Of a stretch of 64,000 nt of DNA, positions 13,418 to 27,400 are shown one piece after another. Position 1 is the first letter of the stretch, and each line of letters starts with the position of its first letter. Source of the DNA: Octopus vulgaris (Eukaryota). Below the pieces are notes generated by a model. That model made no database searches. It was given only the letters and a program-made list of their open reading frames with translations, and was not told the origin of the DNA. Location of the stretch: assembly GCA_951406725.2 (NCBI GenBank), contig OX597829.1, positions 34,720,001 to 34,784,000 of the forward strand. Reading direction: 5' to 3'. Made by a program: the position numbers and the translations under genes.

Positions 13418-13496
<79 letters not shown>

Positions 13497-16320
13497 TGTT
13501 GGCAAGCTGGCTGAATCAGTACCATGCCAGACACAGTGCTCAAGGGCGTTTCTTCCAACTTTACATTCTGAGTTGAAATTCTGTGCAGGTCAATGTTGCC
13601 TTTCATCTTTCATGGTCAATAATACAAGTACCATTTGAGTGCTGGCATTGATGTAATCACCTAGTCCTTCTGCCCAAGATTGCTGGCCTTGTGTCAGAAT
13701 TTGAAACCATTATCATCATCATCATCATCATCATCTTATTGTTTATGATCACATAATTATCAAATACTAATTACATAATTATTATAATAATCATTACTAT
13801 CCAACTGCTTCACCTCATCTTCCTTTTTTGCCTTTTTCTGTTTCTTGTAACCAGTATGTGTCTTTACATTAGGAATCTCTTTTCCCATTAGCTTTGGTAG
13901 ATTTTCAGTTTAATGTTGACAGTAAGAAATACTTCTTGAATACCTATAACAAACTTCAAAATATCTAACAAAGTTGCCTTCAACATAGCATGTTTAGAGA
14001 GCATTCTTCTTTATGAAGCTGAAACCTGAACTCTGAAGAAGGAGCTTCAAGATTGTCTTGATGATACATGTACCAGGCTTCTCATGAGTGCTCAAAATGT
14101 CTCACAGCTTGAGCACAGGACCAAAGAAGATTTAGGGACACATTCCACCTATGTCTAGTATTATTGATCAATGCAGGATAAACTTTTCTGGCCACTGTTA
14201 TTATGCTGAGCTGAAAGCCTTATCAAATTCTACGTTTCGGAGACTTCTATACCCTAACAGAGAAAGATGACCATTCAAACACTATCATTATGTCAGTTAT
14301 AATACTGTTGCTATTGCATGATTCAGTTCACAAACAAGCACATCTCTGTGTACCTTAGAGCTTCTTTTCTGTCAATTTTTTTCACTGCTTTCATTCAGGG
14401 TTATTATTTTAAAGCAGTTTTAACAATAACACCATAACATTTACTGATAAGGAGACTCAATACTAAAAGTAGAGCAAAATTTCTTATAAAATTTGTTTTG
14501 ACTGTAACTTTAAGTTTTACCTATTTGTTCTTTCTGAACTTGTATAGGGAAGAGTATTTGCCAAAAATATTATGGAAGATATACTGTAAGGGTTTCTCAA
14601 AGATCTGAAAAAGTTCCTGGAGACATTGGCTTTCATAAAGATGAGGAGGGTGGCCCACACCAAATCAGCTATCTGCTTCTACTCTTTCTACTATAGTAGG
14701 GTAGGTGTTTATACACAAATGCTGTGTTGAGCACTCATTTTCACTGTTCAACATTAGCATGTGTATATGTGTGTGTATAGATAGACAGACAGATAGATAG
14801 ATAGATAGATCTAAAACCCATGCCAGCATAGAAAACAGAAGTTAAAGGATAATGATATATATGATATTTGTCATGAAATGCAGCAGAATAAAAATGTCCA
14901 CAGACAATTAAGCTTTAAAAAAATTATCACAAGGCCCAGAAAACTGCCAGAACAAGTTAGTGCCACATTTTTTTCACTGGGATCAGTTAGAGTTCTCAGG
15001 GTCACCCAACCCATATTAGATAAGCAAGTGCTCAGGGAATTCCTGCTACATTTTCTGATATGGATCTCTATACTTTTGCAGCCTCTGAGGACCAGCTTGA
15101 GCTTAGTGTCTGGACTAAAATTAATTTTGTCATTATAGCCAGCTCTCCTAAGAGCCTCATTTTAGTATTCTGCATTATTGGTGGAATGGTTGGAAAACCT
15201 AATTGAAATATTTTTAAGCCATCATATATCTGCCAATCTTTATAGCTGTTGGGTCATCTTCGAGTAGTCTCTCTCTTTCTACACACACACACGTACACAT
15301 TCTCTTCATTTCTGCAATGGCTCAAATGATCATTTCAATGCATCTTCTCTGTGTCAGTGAGGTTAAATGTACCTTACCATTCCTTTTATACTGCTGAGTC
15401 CTTGCTCTTTATTACCTGTAACACCTGCTTGGAGTGCCAAACTGCAGTTCACTTCCATGAACTGTTCTTTGATGGTTGTTGTATCTTCAGCAGAATTCTC
15501 AACAAGATCTTACTGGGTAATGACAGTTATGATATTTGGTACTCCAAGCAACCAGCAGTTCTTGCAGCATTGGACAATGTAGCAAAAACTGTCTGCATCT
15601 AGGCCATTGACTACTTACCTTACAAATATCACTTGGTACTTAGCTTGGTAAGAACCTTCATCATTATGTCATCTTTTGCTTTCAGTGACTCTGCAGGAAG
15701 GTTATCAACACCTACTGCTTTGTGGTCAAGCAAGTACTGAATTGCTTCCATCACTTCAGCTTCCAGGATTTCTGACTAGCATGCAGTCCAACATGTTACA
15801 GTCACTCTTATTGTCACCATTTGGATAGATATTCCTAGATATTCTGATAAAGTTTCTCTTCATACTTCCACATCTTTGGGACATCCTTCAGATTGGAATT
15901 TGGCTCTCCTCGTTGTTGATGTTTTTTTATGTTTCAGTTGAAAATTTTTGATGACACTATAAAACATTCGAAAGCTATCATGGTTAAGGCCTTCCTTTGC
16001 TCTACACTGTCTTTTCAATCATGAGGCCATGTCCTCCTTAATTTTGTTCTGCACTGTGAGCCGTTTTCTTTTCTCTGATCATTCTCCTCTGAAGAAAAAC
16101 AATATATGCCTCTACAACATAGTAGTTAAGGACTCTAAGACGAACACCACTCAATAAGCTGTTTGAAGATTTTAAGTTGATTATGACCACAGCAGATACT
16201 AAGCAAAAAAGCTAAGGATGCATGTCTGTGTGTATACATACATACAACACATTTCATATATATATATATAACCATGCACATTTTGTTTACTTTACATATG
16301 ATCATAATAATCTTTTTTTT

Positions 16321-16698
16321 TTACTTGTTTCAGTCATTTGACTGTGGCCATGCTGGAGCATTGCCTTTAGTCGAGCAAATCGATCTCAGGACTTATTCTT
16401 TGTAAACCTAGTACTTATACTATCAGTCTCTTTTGCCGAACCGCTAAGTTACGGGGACATAAACACACCAGCATCAGTTGTCAAGTGATGTGGTGGGGGG
16501 ACAAACACACACATATACATATATATGATGGGCTTCTTTTCAGTTTCCTTCTACCAAATCCACTCACAAGGCTTTGGTCGGCCCGAGGCTATAGTTGAAG
16601 GACACTTGCCCAAGATGCCATGCAGTGGGACTGAACTTGGAACCATGTGGTTGGTAAGCAAGCTACTTACCACACAGACACAGCCACTTCTGCGCCTA
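16321..16698 (-). mobile_element. Near full-length tRNA-type SINE
   Basis: minus-strand head with tgtggtaag A-box-like and ttccaagttcagtccc B-box-like motifs, same body and tail as other copies. Confidence 0.85.
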
Positions 16699-16709
16699 TG
16701 ATGTGTGAC

Positions 16710-16827
16710 GCTTACAGCACCTAGGTTTCCCAAGTAGTCACCCATCTAAGTACCAACTAGGCTCGATGTTGCTTAACTTCAGTGATTGGATGAGAACTGG
16801 TGCTTTCAACATGATATGGCTGTAAGC
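16710..16827 (-). pseudogene. Full-length dispersed 5S rRNA copy, probably a pseudogene
   Basis: 118 nt; reverse complement gcttacagccatatcatgttgaaagcaccagttctcatccaatcactgaagttaagcaacatcgagcc...gatgggtgac...gctgtaagc matches invertebrate 5S; CpG-decay-type changes; no oligo-T terminator. Confidence 0.9.
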
Positions 16828-16885
16828 CATATATTATTTATAAGTTAACAATTATCACTAATTTATTCTATTTTTATTTTGGCAG

Positions 16886-16953
16886 CTGGCCACCCGCTGT
16901 GCGGAACGGGAATTAAAGGAATCAAAGCACGAATGTGCTGTGTTGCGCCAAAA
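16886..16953 (+). CDS. MIA3: TANGO1/MIA3-like exon (LATRCAERELKESKHECAVLRQK)
   Basis: ttggcag / AA|gtaagt; parallels MIA3 [23 protein letters not shown]; phases 0 to 2. Confidence 0.93.
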
Positions 16954-19900
16954 GTAAGTATGATTAGACACTGTTTTCTACTATTCCCAGTCCTACCAGT
17001 ATTTTACACACACACACACACACATTAATTAGCATAGGTTTGGGCCATTATTGGTTCCAGTTTGAAGTTTTTCAAGTAATATTTTGAGAAACCATAGCCA
17101 ATTCTCATTTGGTTGAAACATATCCAGGTGTTTTTAGCTGTCTGGTATTTCTTAGAGGAATTTGTTCATGTGTTGTTTTATTTCTATGGAGTCCTTTTCT
17201 TCATTGATTTGTTTCTTAATGATATTGAGTTGATTCCAGCTAGTTCAGGAAAAATCAAATCACATCAATGTGGTTATGTACTGTGCTTTTTGTAAGAAAT
17301 ACATGATGTAGATTCTACTCTGAGTGATTTTTAAACATAATACTAGCGACACTGATGTTATATTTTTCTATTTTGTGTACATTATGTAGCACACATAATA
17401 GCATTGGAGAGAATAGACCTTTAGAATTTTGAGCCAGTCCTTGTAATCAAGCTCTTGTTTTACCATTTACCGCCAAAGTGTCTTTATTTTCATGTTATTT
17501 TGTTTGGTATTGTGAGACACCAGAAGTAACAGTTCTCCAAGTTGAGGTTGCTGTCGACAATTACCTATTGATCTCTGATATTGTTTGACACCATGCCATT
17601 TGAGGTTCTACTGAGGCAAGAGTATATAGCTGTTTAAATCCTGTTTTCTAAAACAGATGCTCTCGAATTTTTCTTTAGCAAAATATTGGAGTCTATTGCC
17701 TACTCTGCAATAACTCTTTTAAGCTTAATTGTGTGTAAAAATTTTTACTGTGCTGCATTTCATGATATACTTCATATATATATTTATATGTACCATCATC
17801 ATTTAACGTCCATTTTCCATGCTAGCATGGGTTGGACATATATATATATATGATGATGATGATGATGATGATGATATATATATATATATATATAAAGAAC
17901 TCCCTTTTCACCTAGAAAGTTCTCCTAGGCACAAGTCTAGGCAAAGTTGTTTATGAAAGACCAAGAGTTGCTCATGCATAGCAGCCTCTGCTCTCCACAC
18001 CACCAATGTTGTCCAAAGAAAAGGCAAAGGTCAATACAGCTTGGCACCAATGACATTGCAACTCATTTCTTCAGCTGAATGAACTGGAGTAACATGAAAA
18101 TAAAGGGTCTTGTTTAAGAACACAGCACACGGCCTGGTCTGGAAATCAAACTCACTACCTCATGATTGTGAGCCCAATGCTCTAACCACTGAGCCATGTG
18201 TCTATATATATATAGAGAGTGTGATGAATACGTAGCTTGAAGGAGAGAGGGAGTAAGTTGACAAAAATTGATAACAAGTGGATTCTTTCTGCTGTCCATC
18301 GTAAATAAACACTCACATACATGCATGCATACATACATATTACGGAAAAATGTTACTGAGGTTTAAAAGTTTATCATTTTCACCTAATCAGAAAACAGGA
18401 TTTAGAAGCTGGCATTTTCTGCATGATTGCTGTCTATCACAAAATGAAAACAAAATCATTATAAAAAAAATAAATTTTTATTAAACAAATGAAAGCAAAG
18501 CATTACAATGTCCAAAGTTGTAAGAACTTCTGAAGTTTTAATAAGTTTTTTTGTTTGCTTTTAAACCTGAAATCAATATTACAAATAGCAGAATTTAGAT
18601 TATTATTTCTTAGGATTGATCAAAAAGGTTTTTGCTTTCAGAGAGTATGATTGGATTTTCAGAGTAGCGGGATTTTTTATTTTCAGTCAAGTTGACAAGA
18701 ACAGTAGCTGAATTGCAGGCTTTATTTTTATTTTGCATGAATTTCGACTAACAAACTAACTTTACCCCAACAAGAGCAGAGAAGAGTTCCTCTTGTCTTA
18801 CAGTGGACACATTGGCTATTTTTACATTTAAAAAAATTTTATATTAGCCATGGCTTTACTATTCATATGATCAGATTCTCTTCTTACTGCATAGTTGATA
18901 TATTCTCATACCTCTTCTTGCTAGCCCTTCTTACTTTATATAGATATAGCTAATTTATTTCTTGACTTTATAATAAAATTAGTATTACATTAATATTCAC
19001 TATTAAATAAAAAATTATTTTCCATAATGAATTTTCGCACTTTCTATTTTCATGCGTTTATATTATGCACTTTGTTTCAATATAAAAATTTTATATACAG
19101 TGAAGATATAGGATCTAATATTTTTTACAATTATAATTACATTTCTCATTATCCTAAAAAAATTATCAGTTTTAAAGGAAATAAATATACAGGCAGGTTT
19201 AATTTAATTCAGATATTTTTTAACAAAAGAATATTTATTAGTTTTATTGCCTGGAAAAAAAGATTTATTATTTTGAAAAATGCAGATGCATGCATGTTAA
19301 TATTCTTAAGTTATTATACCTGGAAAAGTACAGAACAAGCTTTCTACAGAAGAATTTACCTAATTCATCACTTCTAAAGAAAGTAAAAAGTACTTAGAAT
19401 TAAAATTCTACTGTACTTAAAATATTGCAGCCAAGAATAACATTTTAAAATTAAAATACATTATATTAGGTAAATTTGAGATAATTTATTTTATTTATTA
19501 TGAGAATCTCAAAAACAAGTAAATCTTTAAAAGCATGTTACAAAAATAATCAAAAATAAATTTACACAAAAATGTTTTTTTTAAATCATGTTGTTTGAAA
19601 TATACAATTAAACATTTTTTTATATATACATTTTATTTAGTTGTATCAAGTACAAACAATAAAATATGAATTTGTAAATAGTATTGCACAAGATTTTTGT
19701 TTCACTTGAATTGAAATCCCATTACAAAAAAAAACACATTGATTGCAGTAGAATAGTCATTAAATGGTTTCAAATCAACCATATGTTCAATCAATTCTTC
19801 CACATTAAAAAAAAAAAAATCTGCCAAATAGATCATAAGTAATATTTATTAGTTATTAATACAGTAGAATTAGCCTAATTCATTACTTCACCTAAATCGT

Positions 19901-20429
19901 CACTTTCAGTTTTCTCCTAGGAATGACTAATTAGACAAATTCTACTGTATTTTTTAAAAATTAATTTCATTTCATTTCATTTTTAAAATACTGCTTTTTC
20001 CCAAAATAAGCCCATGGGCTTAAGTACAGAAGTAATATATGCTTGGTACCTTAGCATTACTTGGTACTGTGTAGAAGACAGTTGGGTAGCTTCGTGATGG
20101 CCTCGCCAACTCCACCAGAGCTTCAGTTAGTAATAATAACCATCCTGGTCATCATTTCATGTCTTCAATCTGAATCTTCTTGGACCACTGCTATACGATT
20201 ACCAGAACAACCTCATAAGCTCATGTATGTACATTGTAGATATATACATTCTAAATTTTGTAAATATACTCTAAATATTTTATATATTCAGTCTGAGTAT
20301 TATATATATTATTCACTTTAGATGTTGTCATTGATGGTCTCAAAAGTTGACAAAATACAGACTCTTTTCAGACATTTAATGATTGTACTTTGCTAATTTG
20401 CTACTAATGGTATGTGCTAATTATTATAG

Positions 20430-20512
20430 GTTAACAGAGCTTGAGCGACGATCAGGTCCAGTTCCAGTCCCTCTCATCCGGCCATTAGCCACACGGAATG
20501 TTATGCCAGCTG
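20430..20512 (+). CDS. MIA3: TANGO1/MIA3-like exon (LTELERRSGPVPVPLIRPLATRNVMPA), end of coiled coil
   Basis: tatag / G|gtgagt; phases 2 to 1. Confidence 0.9.
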
Positions 20513-20608
20513 GTGAGTTTGAAAGCCTGCATTTCCTTTGCTCTTTGTGGTTATATGTGTGTTTGTTTGGCAGTATTTTGTATGTATTTCAGTGCTTGTG
20601 CATAATAA

Positions 20609-20644
<36 letters not shown>

Positions 20645-20669
20645 TGAAATTTGTAGAGAGTTATAGCCC

Positions 20670-22380
20670 CAATTAATTAGGAGCAGAATTAGATGAAATG
20701 TAGTTTGGCTTTATGCCAGAGAGAAGCACTATTAATGCTGTTTTCATAGTCAGGCAACTGCAAGAGGAGTATTCAGCTCAGGATAAGTTGTTGTACCTGG
20801 CATTTGTTGATCTGGAGAAAGCCTCACTCTGTAATATGGTGATCTCTTGGGATAGACAAATGATTTCTGAAAGTTGTACAGGTCATGTACAGGGATGCTG
20901 TTAATAAGGTAAGAGTTAGCCATGCGTATAATGACAAAGTGACAAATTTAGTGTACAAGTAGGTGTTCACCAAGGCTCAGTCCTCATCCCCCTCTTATTC
21001 ATCGTCATCCTCCAGGTCATAACAGAGGAATTTAAGACTGGCTGCCCATGTGAACTGCTATATGCAGATGATCTTGGTCTCATAGCAAAATTTGTAACAG
21101 AACTAGACATTAACATTTGACTTTCATAGTGCAAATGCCAAGAACAATAGGAAGAAACTTGTAGAAAACTTTGGATTGAGTTTCGAATCTTGGCTAAGAA
21201 TCTCAGAAGCTATTTACTATTAAGGTCCTAGTAAGCAAGACATGACCTTTCCCACTTCAGGTAAATGGTCCTGTTTGATATATAGGAAAGGTGAAGGCAG
21301 GAATTCCATTCAATGCAATCTATGGACACACAAGAGGTGCAGTGGAGTAATAGGAAGGTTGACAGAAAAAGTAGTGTTTGTATGGATAAGGTGTACAAGA
21401 GCCATAAAGTCTACGAGTACATGGGAAATTGATTTTCTCAAATGTCTCAGCTGCTCTCTAGAAGTAGTGGATAATTTTTGCTACCTAGGTGACCTAAGTA
21501 GCAGTTGACAAGGATGTACTGCTAGAATAAGGATAGATTAAAGAAAGTTTAGAGAACTTTTACCTTTGTTGGTAACCATAGACCTAGCTCTCTGAGTGAA
21601 AGAAATATTGTAGGATGTATCTGTACAAACAGCAATGCTTCATGGAAGTGAGACATGGGCCCTGAATGCAGAGGATGTGTAAAGATAAGAGAAGAATGAA
21701 GCTAGTGTGCTCCATTTGATATGCAATATAAGAGTACATGTGCAACAGAGCACTAGTGCATTTGAGAGGAAAGTTAGGCATAAAAAGAATTAGATGTAGT
21801 GTGCAAGAGAGAAACTGCTCTGGTTATACGGTTTGTATAGATGAGGACAGTTGCATAAAAAAGTGCTGATCATTTAAAGTAGATGTACTTACTTGTACTT
21901 GTGGCGACATTCACCCTGGACGGTTGAGTCAGTTTCTTCTACCATCCTCGAGGCATCTCGAACCATGGCAGTGGAAGAAGTTTCGTGGGAATATGAATTT
22001 CACAAGCGATCCTCAACAATCCCACATGTAGAGACATCCTGTTTGCCGCAGATTGTCCGCAGACGCAGGGACAGAACGACCGAGTTGCCGCCGGTTGCTG
22101 AAACAGACACTCCGAGGATTTTCACCAGGGTTGTGGCCCTAATACCACTCGGTATCAGACCAATCCGCCTTGGGTGGCCCTACCAGGAACTGAAGTTCCC
22201 GATGGCATAGCTCTGACACTACCCGTTGCCAGTGTCCCCACCACAGTGAGGAGGGGATGGAACTTGTGAAAGAGGATGACCCAGGAAGACATAGGACAAA
22301 GTACTAAAGGCCAATCTCCAGACACTGAGCTTTACAAAGGAAATGACAATGTAGCTAGATATCTGGCACCTTGCTGTCCA
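20670..22380 (+). mobile_element. RTE-type LINE RT relic, interrupted at about 21886-22256
   Basis: QFGFMPERST, YLAFVDLEKA, GVHQGSVL, LLYADDL, EVVDNFCYLGD motifs with stops and frameshifts. Confidence 0.85.
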
Positions 22381-23489
22381 TCATAGCAGAATTGAAATCT
22401 TAAAACCATCTTGATAATGCTTGTCTGTGAGGCGTTCTTTCCCACTCCTACTCCCATTCTCTCTGCCTCATCAGCCTTTTCCCTCCACTTTCCATTCCCT
22501 AACACCCATCACTTCTTTAACACCTAAGAGTAGAATAGGCACTTACTACATCTCCCTAGCTTTCTCAGCTACCTCTCTTCCCCCATCATTAACACCTCAC
22601 TTACCTGCTATTACCCTCAATACCCTCACATATCTACCACAACCACAGCCCTCAAGCTCTTCTTATATTTCTTCCCATCATTTGCTACAGTCACCTCTAT
22701 CCTACCCACTCACTCAACCCAAACCTCTGCACTACTTCACCTATTCTCACCATCCCCAATATCCCTTAAGTGTATTTCCCAACACATCTTCATCATCATC
22801 TCTCTCACTATTTCTCTCCTTATCCTTCTCTCTAACTTACTCTCCTTATATCACTCTCTGACTCACTCTCCTCTCTTTTCCAACTGGGGTATCTATGTAA
22901 CTACTCTACAGCATGATGCCTATCTCTGTCCCTCTACACCTCTAATCTCTCAAGTTGCACAAAGCCACACACTTCTCAATACTCCTCCTAGTTGAGAGGT
23001 TTTTGTTGGGCAAGGTACTTGGTGTCACCTTGTCAGTACCAGTGACACATAAAAATCACTGGTACTGATGCCACATAAAAAGCATCCAGTACACTCTGTG
23101 AAGTGGTTGATGTTAGGAAGGGTATCCAGCTGTAGAAATCATACCAAAAGAGACAATAGAGCTTGGTATGACCCCCAGCCTTGCCAGCTCCTCTCAAACT
23201 ATCCAACCCATGCCAGCATGGAAAACAGACATTAAGTGGTGATGGTCACACACACACACATGCTCATATCATTGTTGTAATAATCATTGTTTTAATGCCT
23301 AATTTTCCATGCTGCCATTGGATCAGATGGAATTCACTGAAGCACATATTCTACGGGCATACGCCTTTCCTATCATAACCCTCACATGTTTCCAAGCAGT
23401 GGCAGGACATGTCCCCACCAAAGACCAAAGATTGGAAATGAACAGCACCGCTTGTATATGTCAGTGACATGTATTTACAGCTATGTCAT

Positions 23490-24580
23490 GTCAAATTTTG
23501 CCTGGCCAATTCTTATTCTAGCAACTATATTTTCAGAACTTCCTCCTGCACTGCTAACTTAGTCTCCTACATAACAGAAGCTATCTGCTACTTCTAATGA
23601 TCTTCCCCAAGCATTTGTGGATTTTTAGTGCCTGCACATTTGCCACATAGATTATATTCTCCATTAACCTTCTTGTGATACTGCTACACCTCTTATGTGT
23701 CCAAAGCTTGAACCGGATACAACATATGGAGTTTCTACCAACACCTTCTTACATGTTGAACAGTGTCATCTCCCTGAAGGAACTTGTGATTTGTCTGTTT
23801 TCCAGCTTACTAAGACTTTGGTTTTTGCTAAATTAACTCTAAAGCCCTTAGATTCTAGGCCTTGTTTCCACACCTGAAATTTCTTCTCTAGGTTGGGTAG
23901 TTATTCAGCTATAAGAACAAAGTCATCAGCATAGAAGAGCTCCCAGGGGCAGCCGGCCTTGAACTCCTCTGTTAAGGCCTGGAGGACTAGGATAAACAGG
24001 AAGGGGTTGAGAACTGAGCCTTGGTGGACTCCTATTTGTACACTGAATTCCTTGCTATACTCATTGCCAACCTTTACCTTACTGGCAGCATCCTTGTACA
24101 TAGCTTGTACTGCTCTCACTAACCACTCCTCTATCCCTAGCTTCTGCATTGACCACCAGATAAGGGAGCAGGGGACTCTGTGTGTGTGTGTGTATGTGTG
24201 TGTGTGTGTGTATGTGTGTGTGTGTGCGTACCACTGGCCATGCTGAATTATTTTTCTCCCTGTTGACAAAGGCCAAGTATAGAGGTTTATTTTTGGCTTA
24301 ATAATTCTGCTGCAGTTGCCCAACAAGGAATATGACATCAGTCATGCTCCTACTTGGCACAAATCCAACTGCATCTCATCTCTGCTAACTCTCTTCCTAA
24401 TTACTTGAGCTATGACCCGTTCTGTTACTTTCAGCACCTGGTCCAGCAATTTGATGCCTCTATAATTAATTCTGTCTGGGGCATCACCTTTGTCTTTGTA
24501 GCAGTTGACTATGATGCTGCTACACCAATCATTGGGTATGACTCCCTTGTGGACAACCTTATTAACTATTTAGATGACTA
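23490..24580 (-). mobile_element. RTE-type LINE RT relic with internal (TG)n
   Basis: ORF 23901..24338: GVHQGSVLNPFLF...ELFYADDFVLIAE. Confidence 0.85.
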
Positions 24581-25520
24581 GGCCATATCTTACTTTGCCA
24601 GATATTTTAAGCATACTGCCAGGTGTGTGTATATGTAATTTAAACAAAAAAATGAACTGAGAAAAATAATTCAGAGTGGCCAGTGGTACACACACACACA
24701 CATACACACACACACATGCATGTATACCAACACGTAAATGCATTGACACAATATACATAGACATGCATACTTGAGAAAGAATAGTATTATTGTGGAAAAT
24801 ATAGAAAGTGTTCTTATCACACACACACATTGGCTCTCTCTCTCTCTCTCTCACACATCATCATCATCATCATCATTTAACGTCCGCTTTCCATGCTGGC
24901 ATGGATTGGACGGTTCGACCGGGGATCTGGGAAGCCAGAAGGCTGCACCAGGCCCAGTCTGATCTGGTAGTGTTTCTACAGCTGGATGCCCTTCCTAACG
25001 CCAACCACTCCGTGAGTGTAGTGGGTGCTTTTTACGTGTCACCGGCGCAGGTGCCAATATATTGGTGTCACATGAAAAACACCCAGGGCACTCTGTAAAG
25101 TGGTTGGCTTTAGGAAGGGCGTCCAACCATAAAAATCATGCCCAAACAGACAAAGACTGGTGCTGTTTTCAGGCTTGCAAGTTCCTCTCAAACTATCCAA
25201 CCCATGCTAGCATGGAAAACAGACATTAAATGATGAGGATGAGGATGACATGAGATTCTTGAGTGTAATTTGAGGGGAATGTAGCTGCTATTTTTAGCAA
25301 GTCAAGATAACATATGCAGTAGGGGTTTGATTAAATGATTTGGCTTATGCAATCTAGCTGTTCAAAACATTAAAATTTAATAACTGTTTTAAAAATCTGT
25401 CATGGAGATAGCAATAGAAATATGAACCAATTGATATCATTGCTATTCTTCACTCTCACCAACTCTGTATATATGTCTCTCATTTTATATCTGACTACTT
25501 TCGCATCCTTCGAACAAAAA

Positions 25521-25750
25521 GTGGCGAGCTGGCAGAAACATTGGCGTGCCGGGTGAAATGCTTAGCAGTATTTCGTCTGTCGTTACGTTCTGAGTTCAAA
25601 TTCTGCTGAGGTCGACTTTGCCTTTCATCCTTTTGGGGTCGATAAATAAAGTACCAGTTTCGCACTGGGGTTGATGTAATCGACTTAATCCCTTTGTCTG
25701 TCTTTGTTTGCCCCCTTCTATGTTTAGCCCCTTGTGGGTAGTAAAGAAAT
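25521..25750 (+). mobile_element. Second tRNA-type SINE family (related fragments at about 170-290, 11930-12070, 13500-13710)
   Basis: tggcgagctggcagaa head, gagttcaaattc B-box, gaggtcgactttgcctttcatcc core shared among copies. Confidence 0.75.
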
Positions 25751-25955
25751 ATATATTTAGTTGAACATGTTTGGCAATTTTTTTAAAATGTTGTTTCCTG
25801 TTTAATATTTCTTTTTTCATTTCATTTTATTTTGTTCCCAATTACTTGGTGCACTCTGCATATGTGTGCATGCATCAAACCCTTGTGCATACACACACAC
25901 ACACACACACACATACTCAATCATATGTATTTCTTCATTCATCTTCTATACTTAG

Positions 25956-26067
25956 GTCTTATCAATGGTCCACCTCCATTGATGGAAGGTGAGCTCCACC
26001 GAATACCGCTGTCTACACCTCCTGGTGAAGTGCCACATGGAAGAAGTCCACATTTAGGAAATGTAAG
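25956..26067 (+). CDS. MIA3: TANGO1/MIA3-like proline-rich exon (GLINGPPPLMEGELHRIPLSTPPGEVPHGRSPHLGNVR)
   Basis: cttag acceptor; 3' end set at AAG|gtctgt to keep frame with the next exon (a competing donor after 26062 is discussed in findings). Confidence 0.8.
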
Positions 26068-27348
26068 GTCTGTATAACAGTTTTATATATGTAGAAAGAT
26101 ATATTTATTTATCTATTTATTGACTTAGAAGACTGGTTGAGGTCTCTTTTGATTTTTTTCAGTTTCTTTTAAAGTGGTTTATTTGAAATGTATGTGCGGG
26201 TATATGTATCTTTTATTTTTTACTTATTCCAGTCATTGGACTGCAGCCATGCTGGGCATCACTGTGAAGAATTTCATTCAAACAAATGAACCACGTTACT
26301 TACTTTTTTAAGCCTGGTACTTATTCTATCAGTCTTTTTTGCTGAAGTGCTAAGTTACAGGGACACAAGAACACCAACACCAATAGTCAGTGAGGGAAAA
26401 CAAACACAGACTCATAGACACATAGATAAATAACTTCTATTGAAGTGAAGAGAGCTTCTGCCTAAAGCATGGGTCTTGCTGTAGGCATAAATGTAAAAGT
26501 ACTAGTTCTTGCTCTGTGGTGACAGCATAATTCTGAGTTGTGAAGGATCATATATATTATATATATTTTATTGAGAATTATTGTTGTAGCAACCTGTCTC
26601 ATGTTTTGTAGACTCCTAAGGAAAGGTTTTTATAGTCTCTGTATCATAAGCTATGATTATCTTTCCAGTTGAGTATGCTATGTGAAACATTTATCTTGAA
26701 TAGATGGCCTTTCATCCTTTTGACCTGATTTACCAGACAGTCACTTTTGTTTCCATCTCCAGTCTTGGCTGTAATTTTGCGAAGTGCTCCAAGCCTCTGT
26801 GAACTTCTATTACATTCTGTGAGGGATATGTTCTACCCATTCAAGACTGTTATCACTTGGAATCTCAAGCTACTTTTTCATAGGAAGAATGCAGTTCATA
26901 ATTTGATGAAATTCTTTTCATTATCAAACTGTTACTGTTCACTTTGATCATTCAAATGTCACATTTCTGTCATCTGCTCAGGTTTTTTTTATTTTTATCT
27001 TAGTTAAGTCTCTGTTGCAGTTAAATGAAGGAAGTTTACTTTCACTCTGTGATCTTATTGGTGCAAACAGCACAAAGTCATCGGTATAAAGTTACATCTC
27101 AGTTTCACAGGTACTGACCAAAATATCTGTGAAGACAGAGTACAGAAGAGGGGTTAAGTATTGAATCTTGTGGAACTGATGCATTGATCAGTTGTAAATT
27201 AGAGTGGAAAAGATGTTGGAAATATAAAATTAATTAATTCAGAAAGAAACAAAATAAGAAGTTTTGATACTAATATTTATGCCTACATACGTACGTACGT
27301 ACGTATGTATGTATGTATGTATGGACGTATGTATGTGTGTATGTATAA

Positions 27349-27398
<50 letters not shown>

Positions 27399-27400
<2 letters not shown>

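Noticed and set aside
19858-19952. Imperfect hairpin aatacagtagaatt...aattctactgtatt
   Set aside because: Short arms in very AT-rich DNA, probably a decayed MITE; no other support
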